From Candidatus Babelota bacterium (lineage in GTDB: Bacteria > Babelota > Babeliae > Babelales > UBA12411): DNA of 64,000 bases. Under the pieces are notes generated by a model, which saw nothing but the letters and a program-made list of their open reading frames with translations, searched no databases and was not told where the DNA came from. Of this stretch, positions 47,868-55,926 are shown piece after piece; positions within the stretch are counted from its first letter, which is position 1, and each line of letters starts with the position of its first letter. Made by a program: the position numbers and the translations under genes. The stretch covers positions 4,015 to 68,014 of the forward strand of contig DOJW01000004.1 of NCBI GenBank assembly GCA_003511165.1, given 5' to 3'.

Positions 47868-50204
47868 TTAATAATAATCTTCTGGCGCTTCTATGATTTT
47901 AGTTTCAGGTTTAAACCTTCCTCCAAAAGACCCTAGGGATTCTAATTTAAATGAAAAAACAAACCCTCTTTCACTTCTCACAATTCCCTGTTGTCTATAA
48001 CGTTTTTCTTGCAAACCAAACGAAATGCCCCAACAATGTCCATTTAACTTTACATCTAAACGATGACATAAAGCATTTATATTTTGAAACAAAGAAATTA
48101 AAGAATTTTCAGGAGAAAAAAATTGACCTTCATAAGATATTCTCATCGCCTTGTTAGCCTGCATACTAAAACCAAAAAGATAAAAGGATGGCACATTAGA
48201 AAGCAATTGACGAATAACCTGTTCTTTTCTGCTTTGAAATACCCAACCAACATGTGCATCAAAATTTTTAAAATTTATTGAAGCTTCAGCCTCATTATCA
48301 AATATCGTAAAATTATGCATATCATATTGCTGTAGTAAATTAAAACGAAAAAAATCATATTCGTAAGAAAAATCAACCTTAAAAGGCATCAAGTGATTTT
48401 GTCCTATTGCCCTATCAAGATAAAAAAGATCTGGACTCTTATAAAAGTCATACGCTTGCCCCAAAGTTAAGCCCGCACAACCCTTTCTAAAATACCAGTT
48501 ATTTCTAAGTTCTAGCCCTATTTTATTGTTCGGATAAATTCTATCCCATTCATCGATAAATCCCCAATCATCTTGCTTGATTTTAGGAATAAATTTGTAA
48601 GTTAAAACTGGCTGAAAAAAGAAATCATTTTCGCTCTTGGTACCAATTTTGGTAAATTCTGGAAAAGCCCATTCAGCATCACCTTGCAAAAGAGCTCTCG
48701 CCGCACATTGATCATCCAATCTAATTTCACTATAAGCAGATCTATTAGTGCTAACATATGGTGTAATATAATTTGATTTACTTCTAAACTGAATATTAGG
48801 AGAAAGAGCAATACGAATGATATTTCTTTTAAATTTTAAATAATTTTCAAGAACGCCTTCATAAAACAAACGTAATGTTGAAAAATTTTCAAAAGGAACA
48901 GGTTCATACGACGAAACAACATCATTACCTACAATTGTCTTAAAAATTATTTTTCTTGATAAATTTGCATAATCAACAAATAAATCATGTTTATATTTTG
49001 CAAATTTGCTCAAGGAATAAAAATTTGAATTCCATTCAAAATGAGGAACCCTCGACCGAACCATACGCTCATCAAGCTCGAATTTACTTGTATTAGAAAA
49101 TGTAAAATCTTCTCTAAAAACTTTATCACGATCAACCTTTGCAAAAATAAGTCCATTATTTTTACTATGCCATCGACTTATAAAAGAGTTATAAAATTTA
49201 TCTTCAACCGAATCAGGTAAGCCTAAAAAATCATACCCTATCCTCTTGTCGGAGCCAAAGTCTACATTAACTAAATTATCTATTTTAAAATTTTTAAATT
49301 TTAAAGGTTGAAAATGTTTAGCCTGAATAGATGTTCGCCATTCATCTTTTGAAATTATTTTAAAATCTTCTTCTACATAAGCCTGATATTCTTTTGCAAA
49401 TTTTGTATTAACTAAGGTGTAGTCATCATTGTTTCTACCCCATCTAAACTCGTCGTAAAAAACATATCCCTTTTTATTTTTCCAGTTAACCCCTAAGGTC
49501 GTATCCATTCTTGGTCTAATTTCCCAATAATATTCTTGAGTTAAACCAAAACCCAACTTCTTATCCAAAGTAAATTTAGGAACTAAAAATCCAGATTTTG
49601 ATTGTGCTTGAGCAGGAATAACTATTTTAGGAATTAAAAAAACTGGAATATTCTTTACCCTTAAAGATATTCCCTTACCTTTAATCACATATTTATACAA
49701 CTTTGCTTCATCTGCATGCAAATGCCAATGTGGACTAGGGTGATCACAAGGTGTGTAAACTAAATCTGAAAGCTTCCAGGTAAACTCATCTCTTTTTTCT
49801 GCTTTTTTTGCCGAGATATATCGCTGATCCATTTGAATTTTTACATTATCCGCATAACCAGTTTTTTTATCCAAATCTAGATAAATTTTATCTGCAAGCA
49901 TTAAAAAGTCAGGAGTTTCAAGCTTCACAAAACCAAAAGGAGCGGCGGTCGCCTCTATGAATTGCTTTTCTTTATCAGCCTCTACACGATCAGCCCAAAT
50001 ATGAACATTTTGATCAACCAAAACTTCAACATTTTCTTCAAAAATTATTTTATTTAAACTTATGATTCTCTGAGAGACACTGTTAATTCGTACTACTCTA
50101 AAAGATTCGACAACATCCCGAACCACAGCTTTTGATTGTGATACATAAAACGAAAATAGTAAAAACGAATAAATAAATAAACGTTTCAAAATGGCCTTCT
50201 GCAA
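47868..50204 (-). CDS. lptD: LPS-assembly outer-membrane protein LptD/OstA
   Basis: 778 aa. Signal peptide, N-terminal OstA-like region, large aromatic-rich beta-barrel-type C-terminus. Adjacent envelope genes. Confidence 0.75.
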   Translation of the reverse strand: MQKAILKRLFIYSFLLFSFYVSQSKAVVRDVVESFRVVRINSVSQRIISLNKIIFEENVEVLVDQNVHIWADRVEADKEKQFIEATAAPFGFVKLETPDFLMLADKIYLDLDKKTGYADNVKIQMDQRYISAKKAEKRDEFTWKLSDLVYTPCDHPSPHWHLHADEAKLYKYVIKGKGISLRVKNIPVFLIPKIVIPAQAQSKSGFLVPKFTLDKKLGFGLTQEYYWEIRPRMDTTLGVNWKNKKGYVFYDEFRWGRNNDDYTLVNTKFAKEYQAYVEEDFKIISKDEWRTSIQAKHFQPLKFKNFKIDNLVNVDFGSDKRIGYDFLGLPDSVEDKFYNSFISRWHSKNNGLIFAKVDRDKVFREDFTFSNTSKFELDERMVRSRVPHFEWNSNFYSLSKFAKYKHDLFVDYANLSRKIIFKTIVGNDVVSSYEPVPFENFSTLRLFYEGVLENYLKFKRNIIRIALSPNIQFRSKSNYITPYVSTNRSAYSEIRLDDQCAARALLQGDAEWAFPEFTKIGTKSENDFFFQPVLTYKFIPKIKQDDWGFIDEWDRIYPNNKIGLELRNNWYFRKGCAGLTLGQAYDFYKSPDLFYLDRAIGQNHLMPFKVDFSYEYDFFRFNLLQQYDMHNFTIFDNEAEASINFKNFDAHVGWVFQSRKEQVIRQLLSNVPSFYLFGFSMQANKAMRISYEGQFFSPENSLISLFQNINALCHRLDVKLNGHCWGISFGLQEKRYRQQGIVRSERGFVFSFKLESLGSFGGRFKPETKIIEAPEDYY

Positions 50205-50788
50205 GATAATGCCTTATAGATTGTAACTCGATCCATATTTTCTAAATTTGAACCAATTGGAACACCGCTAGCAAGTCTCGAAATCTTCAAATTTGATACT
50301 TGTAACTTGGAAGCAATATAATTTGCAGTAGCTTCGCCTTCTGGTGTTGGGTTTGTTGCCAAAATCAATTCTGTAATATTTGACTGCAAAATTCTTTTTA
50401 CCAAAAAATCAATTGTCAAATCACTTGGACCTATTCCTTCAAGCGGCGATAAAACCCCACCCAAAACATGGTAAACACCATTGTAACCGCCAGCTTTTTC
50501 TATCGCTGCAAGCTCATGCCATGATTCCACAACGCAAATCATATCTTTATCTCTTTTGGTCGCTGCGCAAATCAAACAAAGATTACCGTCTTCACACCAA
50601 TTAAAACAATTCTGACATTTTTTAACTTTATGCTTGGCATCCAAAATAAGATTACAAAATCTTTCCAAATCTTTTTCATTAGATTCCATCAGATGCATCG
50701 CAACACGATAAACATTTTTGGAAGCTAAATATGGAATATTTTGTAAACTTCGGACAAGCCGCTCAAGCGACGGTAACCCTTTTAACAT
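50186..50788 (-). CDS. recR: Recombination protein RecR
   Basis: 200 aa. C4 zinc finger CQNC...CLIC, Toprim VVES, ATNPT.EGEATA.YI. Confidence 0.93.
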   Translation of the reverse strand: MLKGLPSLERLVRSLQNIPYLASKNVYRVAMHLMESNEKDLERFCNLILDAKHKVKKCQNCFNWCEDGNLCLICAATKRDKDMICVVESWHELAAIEKAGGYNGVYHVLGGVLSPLEGIGPSDLTIDFLVKRILQSNITELILATNPTPEGEATANYIASKLQVSNLKISRLASGVPIGSNLENMDRVTIYKALSCRRPF

Positions 50789-50790
50789 TT

Positions 50791-52365
50791 TTAACTTGCT
50801 CTAAAATACATTTTTCTTAAGTAAGTTTCACCGACTCCAAGAATATTCTTTGTAAGCCAATATAAAACTAATCCGGCTGCAAAATTTGCAAAAAGAACTG
50901 TTACAAATATTGACATAAACCACATCATAATCTTTTGTTTGTCATCAGAGACTGGAGTCATCTTTTGTTGCCAAATCATAGAAATTCCCATCAAAATTGG
51001 CAAAACATAATAAGGATCTTTTGAAGACAAATCCACGATCCATCCAAAGAATGGCGCTTGGTATAAATCCATATAGTTCGCAAGTACTTTATATAAAGCC
51101 ATCATAATAGGTAAATCGAGAAGTAATGGTAAACATCCTGCAAGTTGTCCTGTTGGTGAGAGATTATTTTCTTTATGAAATCTCATAATCTCTTCTTGTT
51201 GACGCTTCATATCGCCTTTAAATTTTTCTCTGATTCTTGATATTTGTGGCTGAAATCTTTGATATTTTTCCATAACATTCGCACTTTTCATCGTAAGAGG
51301 CAAAAGAGGAATTTTTATCAAAATAGCAAGGAGAATAATTGCAAGACCATAGTTATGAACAAGTCCATAAATCCAAGAAAGTAATTTTAAAATAAATTTG
51401 CAAAGCCATGAGAACCAACCAAAATCAAGTAAACTTTCTAATCGACTATCAACAGCTGCTAAATCTTCAATATCTTTAGGCCCAAAATAAAAGGAAAGAT
51501 TCCAAGTTGTTTTTTCTTTAACTTGTGCACCTTCTAAAATTGAAAATAAATTGTTATTCAAATTTTTATAATAAGCTCTTTGAGTAAAATGCTCTGTGTC
51601 CCCTACAAGCGCATGAGCAAAGTATCTATCTTCAGAGCCAAATATTTCAGGCATAATCCATGCACTGTCGGCTTCACTTTCCTTTGTGGATGTAAATTTC
51701 TTAAGAGATTTTTTAACAGAATCTAAATAAAAACCATTATTTGAATCATTTGATAATTCATTTAAAAATGGAGCTGGAAAAAAAAGTCTTGGTTTGATTG
51801 GGTTTATATTTGTACTTTTTGGGGTGAATTCCAAATTCAAATCGATTTGATAAACCTTTTTAGAAACAGAGTAAATTTTCTTAATGATCCAATTTTCAGA
51901 TTCTGCAACATACGAAACATTTATTTTATCTTGTAAATCCTGTTTATTTTCAAGCTTGTAGAAATATGGAGTCTTTTCGTCCAAAGCTAAAAGCAAGCAA
52001 CTTTCTTCTCTTTGAAAAAAATCTTTAGGGTAAACAGATTTTAAAGCCTTATTTTCTTTGCCCGGTCTTTTATTGTACTCGACCGAAGAGATCACGCCGC
52101 CAAAGCTTGAAAATGCAATTTTATAAAGCTCTGTCTCAACAGGAGTCACAATTTCTTGAACCGTAATTTTTTTATCTATAAAATCTATTTCTTTATTCAG
52201 CGGCTTTAGCTGCTCTTCTTTTGAAGGAATTCTAACACCTTGTCCCGGCTGAACATTTTCTACCACTGCCGTATCTTTTGAGTCGTTCCTATGTAAAAAA
52301 TATTGCAAAAATATAACCGTCATCGAAGATAACACTAACGTCAAAAATAATTTTTTATCCATCAA
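50791..52365 (-). CDS. yidC: Membrane protein insertase YidC
   Basis: 524 aa. N-terminal TM plus periplasmic domain. C-terminal Oxa1 core (P.Q....KYK.D..K...E.M.L.K....NP..GCLP.L.Q.PI). Confidence 0.9.
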   Translation of the reverse strand: MMDKKLFLTLVLSSMTVIFLQYFLHRNDSKDTAVVENVQPGQGVRIPSKEEQLKPLNKEIDFIDKKITVQEIVTPVETELYKIAFSSFGGVISSVEYNKRPGKENKALKSVYPKDFFQREESCLLLALDEKTPYFYKLENKQDLQDKINVSYVAESENWIIKKIYSVSKKVYQIDLNLEFTPKSTNINPIKPRLFFPAPFLNELSNDSNNGFYLDSVKKSLKKFTSTKESEADSAWIMPEIFGSEDRYFAHALVGDTEHFTQRAYYKNLNNNLFSILEGAQVKEKTTWNLSFYFGPKDIEDLAAVDSRLESLLDFGWFSWLCKFILKLLSWIYGLVHNYGLAIILLAILIKIPLLPLTMKSANVMEKYQRFQPQISRIREKFKGDMKRQQEEIMRFHKENNLSPTGQLAGCLPLLLDLPIMMALYKVLANYMDLYQAPFFGWIVDLSSKDPYYVLPILMGISMIWQQKMTPVSDDKQKIMMWFMSIFVTVLFANFAAGLVLYWLTKNILGVGETYLRKMYFRAS

Positions 52366-52505
52366 AAACCCTTTTAAACTTAAACAAAAACATTTCGTTG
52401 CAAATTTTAATAAGTAATATGTTAGAGAATTTTATAAGAATTCGCAAAAATTAATGCCCTAAGGTAATAAACTATACACAAAATCCAAACATTACTTCAC
52501 AAAAC

Positions 52506-52535
52506 TTGCCAAAAAACATTATTTTCAAATAATAG
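52506..52535 (+). promoter_or_regulatory. Candidate sigma70 promoter for the DOT1-like gene
   Basis: TTGCCA (52506-52511), 18 nt spacer, TAATAG (52530-52535). AGGA RBS before the ATG at 52571. Confidence 0.4.
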
Positions 52536-52570
52536 AAGTCATTAAAAATGATAATAAGGATAGGAAAACA

Positions 52571-53251
52571 ATGAAAAAAAGCCTAATTTTAATCTTAGTT
52601 TGCTCACTTATGGTTTCAAACTCTGTAATTTGCAAAACAAAACAACAAACAATAAATCCAATAAAACAAAAAATTGAAAAACTATATTTAAATAAAAATG
52701 GATTTAACATTAGCCCAAAAGAATATGAAAAAATTACAAATCAAGGCGGAGCTCCAACTTATGGCGAAATCACATATGAATCTCTAGAAACAATCATAAA
52801 AGATTTGAAAATGACAAAAAAAGATATTTTTTGTGATCTGGGATGCGGAATAGGAAAAGTATGCGTGCAAGTACGGCTTACAACTCCTGTAAAAAAAAGT
52901 ATCGGAATAGAATTATCTGAAAGCAGAGTCAAACAAGCTCAAGAAATAAAGACACTTCTTGAAAGAAAACAATTAATATCAAACAAAGGTGGTAAAATAT
53001 TAAAATTTTATAAACAAAATATTCTTGAAGCAGACCTAAAAGATGTTACTGTAGTCTTTATGTGTTCAACATGCTTCTCAGAAGATTTGATGAAAAAAAT
53101 CACAAAAAAACTTTCCTCATGTAAAAAAGGACTAAAAGTTGTTACATTAAAACAACTTCCTGCAAATAAACAATTTGTTTTACAACAGGAAAAAAATCTT
53201 GCGATGAGTTGGTCTTCTGCTTCCCCTGTTTATTTTTATAAATTAAATTAA
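52571..53251 (+). CDS. DOT1-like SAM-dependent methyltransferase with Sec-type leader
   Basis: 226 aa. Leader MKKSLILILVCSLMVSNSVICK. YGEITYESLETIIKDLKMTKKDIFCDLGCGIGKVCVQV...GIE aligns by eye to the human DOT1L core as I recall it ([38 protein letters not shown]...GVE). Confidence 0.65.
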   Translation: MKKSLILILVCSLMVSNSVICKTKQQTINPIKQKIEKLYLNKNGFNISPKEYEKITNQGGAPTYGEITYESLETIIKDLKMTKKDIFCDLGCGIGKVCVQVRLTTPVKKSIGIELSESRVKQAQEIKTLLERKQLISNKGGKILKFYKQNILEADLKDVTVVFMCSTCFSEDLMKKITKKLSSCKKGLKVVTLKQLPANKQFVLQQEKNLAMSWSSASPVYFYKLN

Positions 53252-53295
53252 AAAGCATCTATAAAATGGAACCGTTTCAAATTTAAGGAATTTTA

Positions 53296-54255
53296 ATGTT
53301 TTCAAATCCATTAATTGTCGAAAATCTTACAAAGAAATTTTATCCCAAAAATTTCTTTGGTTTTAAACAAAATAAAAAAGTTTTTAATGCCGTTAACAAT
53401 ATTTCTTTTGAATTAAAACAAGGAGAAATTTTAGGATTTCTTGGGCCAAACGGAGCTGGAAAAACAACAACCATTCAAATGCTTTTAAGCGTTTTAAAAC
53501 CAACAAGCGGATCGATTAAATTTTTTGATAAAGATCTCTCTAAAAATAGGCAAATTTTACAACATATTTCATATGCAAGTGGATATATGAAACTTCCAAG
53601 CTCTCTAACGGTAAAACAATCTCTTTATATGCAGGGAATGCTTTATAGTTTAAAATTTTCTGAATTAAAAGAAAAAGCAGAACAATACTTGCAAATATTT
53701 AATATCAAACATCTGGAAAACAAAGAATGCACATCTCTTTCAGCAGGCCAAACAACATCTGCTTTGCTCGCCAAAACATTTATGGTCAACCCTAAAATTG
53801 TACTACTTGATGAACCAACGGCTGCGCTCGATCCAGTAAGTGCAAAAAATGCTCGCGAATTTATTCTCAAAGAAAATAAAAAAAATGGAACTTCTATCCT
53901 CATAACTTCGCACAACATGACAGAAGTAGCAGAGCTTTGCGATCGTATACTTGTTTTGCGTAATGGAGAAATCATAGCAAATAATACTCCAGAAATTCTT
54001 GCAGCGACAATTTCAATAGCTCGAGTTCAATTAATGGTTGGAGATGGTTTAAAAAGAACAGAAAATTATGCACTCGAACAAAATTTAAAATATAAAATTG
54101 AAGGAAGACATATTGAAATCGAAATAGACGAGCACAAAATTTCGCAACTTCTTACAGCGCTAGCTCAACTTAAAATCATTTATACCCAGATTTCTATAGA
54201 TAAACCAACATTAGAAGATTATTTTTTATCACTTGTTAAAAAACAAGCAAACTAA
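53296..54255 (+). CDS. ABC transporter ATP-binding protein (ABC-2/DrrA-like)
   Basis: 319 aa. Walker A GPNGAGKTT, signature LSAGQTTSALLA (degenerate), Walker B VLLDEPT. Confidence 0.85.
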   Translation: MFSNPLIVENLTKKFYPKNFFGFKQNKKVFNAVNNISFELKQGEILGFLGPNGAGKTTTIQMLLSVLKPTSGSIKFFDKDLSKNRQILQHISYASGYMKLPSSLTVKQSLYMQGMLYSLKFSELKEKAEQYLQIFNIKHLENKECTSLSAGQTTSALLAKTFMVNPKIVLLDEPTAALDPVSAKNAREFILKENKKNGTSILITSHNMTEVAELCDRILVLRNGEIIANNTPEILAATISIARVQLMVGDGLKRTENYALEQNLKYKIEGRHIEIEIDEHKISQLLTALAQLKIIYTQISIDKPTLEDYFLSLVKKQAN

Positions 54256-54282
54256 ATCAACTTTGTAAATAAAGGATCATTA

Positions 54283-55077
54283 ATGAAATTTAAATTTAAA
54301 AGAGTATGTGCCATAGTTTATAGACATATTTTAATTCTTAAAGATGGATTTGAAGTTTTCAATTTCTTTTATTGGACGCTTTTAGACATTTTGCTATTTG
54401 GATTTTTAGGAAGATACATGCAAATGCAACAGGGAGGCGACCCTCTCAATGTTACAGTTTTGCTTGCAAACCTAACGCTTTGGTACATAGTTGTAAGAGC
54501 AACTTTAATGATTTCTCTATCTTTGATGAGAGAATTTTATGACTATAATTTTGTAGCAATTTTTTCTACACCTCTAACAATCATTGAATGGTTAATTGCT
54601 TGTATAATTCTTGGTACAATCGGAGCCTTAATCAATTTTGTAATAGGTTGCGCTTTAGTTTTCTTACTTTTTGGATTTAATGTTTTATCATTAGGACTAT
54701 TTTTAATCCCCGTAATAATTTCACTTTTAATTTCTGGATGTGCATTAGGATTTTTGACTTCAACCATTTTAGTTACTTGGGGAAAAAAAGCAGAAACTTT
54801 AGCATTTGCCCTAGCGTGGTTTTTCGTTCCATTTAGCGGCGCATATTATTCTGCATCAATCTTACCTCCAAAAGTTATAGCTATCGCAAAATATGTTCCT
54901 ATGTATCATGCATTTGAAAGCGTAAGAGCTTTTGTTCACGGAAAAGAATATATAAGCCATCTGATTAAAAGTTTTCAACTAAATATAATTTGTTTAATTA
55001 TCATAGTTTTAGTATTCATTTTTATGTTTAATAAAAGCAAAGAAAAAGGATTAACAAAATTAGAAGTTAACTCGTAA
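54283..55077 (+). CDS. ABC-2 type transporter permease
   Basis: 264 aa, 6 TM. Follows the ATPase by 27 bp. Confidence 0.75.
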   Translation: MKFKFKRVCAIVYRHILILKDGFEVFNFFYWTLLDILLFGFLGRYMQMQQGGDPLNVTVLLANLTLWYIVVRATLMISLSLMREFYDYNFVAIFSTPLTIIEWLIACIILGTIGALINFVIGCALVFLLFGFNVLSLGLFLIPVIISLLISGCALGFLTSTILVTWGKKAETLAFALAWFFVPFSGAYYSASILPPKVIAIAKYVPMYHAFESVRAFVHGKEYISHLIKSFQLNIICLIIIVLVFIFMFNKSKEKGLTKLEVNS

Positions 55078-55114
55078 AAAATTATCAATTTTGAATTTTT
55101 TTTAAAAAAAGTAC

Positions 55115-55142
55115 TTACTAATTTTTTTTTCTTAAATATAAT
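55115..55142 (+). promoter_or_regulatory. Candidate sigma70 promoter upstream of the DUF952-like gene
   Basis: TTACTA, 16 nt spacer, consensus TATAAT (55137-55142). Implies a 5' leader of about 140 nt. Confidence 0.4.
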
Positions 55143-55285
55143 GTTAATTCTAAAGGGTAATAAAAGTTTATTATTTCACTTTAGGGTTAAAATTAACAAC
55201 AATGACTTACTAGATTTCGATGAAGTGAAATCGTGAAAGTCAAAACAAAATAAAGAAACGATAAGAAAGAAAGGATCCGATTCTT

Positions 55286-55780
55286 ATGAATAAAGCATTA
55301 TACATGTCATTAATAGCAGCAACATTGGTTTTAGCACCTTCATGCGGCAACAAAAAAGAAGAAGTTAAACAAGAAGAAACAACACAAGTAGCAGAACAAA
55401 AACCAGTAGCATTATCAGAAGTTTTAAAAGCTGATGCTCTTTACAAAGTTGTTCCTGCAGTAAACTTCAACAAAGAAAATGCTGATGACAGCGTAAAACT
55501 ACTTGAAATGGACAAAGAATTTATTCATGCAGCAAAAGGCACACAAGTAGAAAACGTTCTTAAAAAGTTCTTCAATGGCCAAAAAGATATCGTAATCCTT
55601 GAACTTGATGAAAAATTACTCACAGAAAAAGGCTTAACAGCAAAAATGGAACAAAATAAAGAAGGTGGCGAAGTATTCCCACACCTTGTCGGCGAAAAGA
55701 AAATGATCCCTGCAGCTGCTGTTCTTTCAGTTGTTTCAGTTGAAGAACAACCAGAAGGCTCTTGGATGGCAAAAAAATAA
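55286..55780 (+). CDS. Probable lipoprotein with DUF952-like C-terminal domain
   Basis: 164 aa. Leader ...LVLAPSC (imperfect lipobox). FIHAA..TQ...V.KFF.GQKDIVILELDE..L......E......FPHLVG.....AAAV matches the DUF952 pattern I recall (FIH..Q....F...L.ID...L...E...FPHiYG...AV). Confidence 0.55.
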   Translation: MNKALYMSLIAATLVLAPSCGNKKEEVKQEETTQVAEQKPVALSEVLKADALYKVVPAVNFNKENADDSVKLLEMDKEFIHAAKGTQVENVLKKFFNGQKDIVILELDEKLLTEKGLTAKMEQNKEGGEVFPHLVGEKKMIPAAAVLSVVSVEEQPEGSWMAKK

Positions 55781-55844
55781 ATTAATTCTCAGAGAATTTA
55801 AAACTTGGCGATTTAGCTAAAGTTTTATCCTAGAAGAAATTTAA

Positions 55845-55872
55845 GGCTTGGCAAATTTGCCAAGCCTTTTTT
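55845..55872 (+). terminator. Rho-independent terminator
   Basis: GGCTTGGCA-AAT-TTGCCAAGCC hairpin followed by TTTTTT. Confidence 0.85.
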
Positions 55873-55926
55873 GTTTGTTAGAATAAAGTAAAACTTGATC
55901 AAAACCTATTTAGAAATCGGATATAA

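Noticed and set aside
52525-52710. 61-aa minus-strand ORF overlapping the DOT1-like gene start.
   Set aside because: It is antisense to the leader-coding region and promoter of the DOT1-like gene. Its hydrophobic translation is simply the complement of a signal-peptide coding sequence.
55074-55088. 15-nt identity GTAAAAAATTATCAA immediately after two stop codons, at 55074-55088 and 57993-58007. I considered it as a possible conserved 3' motif.
   Set aside because: There are only two copies, they are short and almost pure A/T in an AT-rich genome. Chance cannot be excluded without a genome-wide count.
55091-55110. T8/A7 palindrome TTGAATTTTTTTTAAAAAAAGTAC after the ABC-2 permease gene.
   Set aside because: A pure A:T stem would be too weak for a terminator. 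It is likely just AT-rich spacer.
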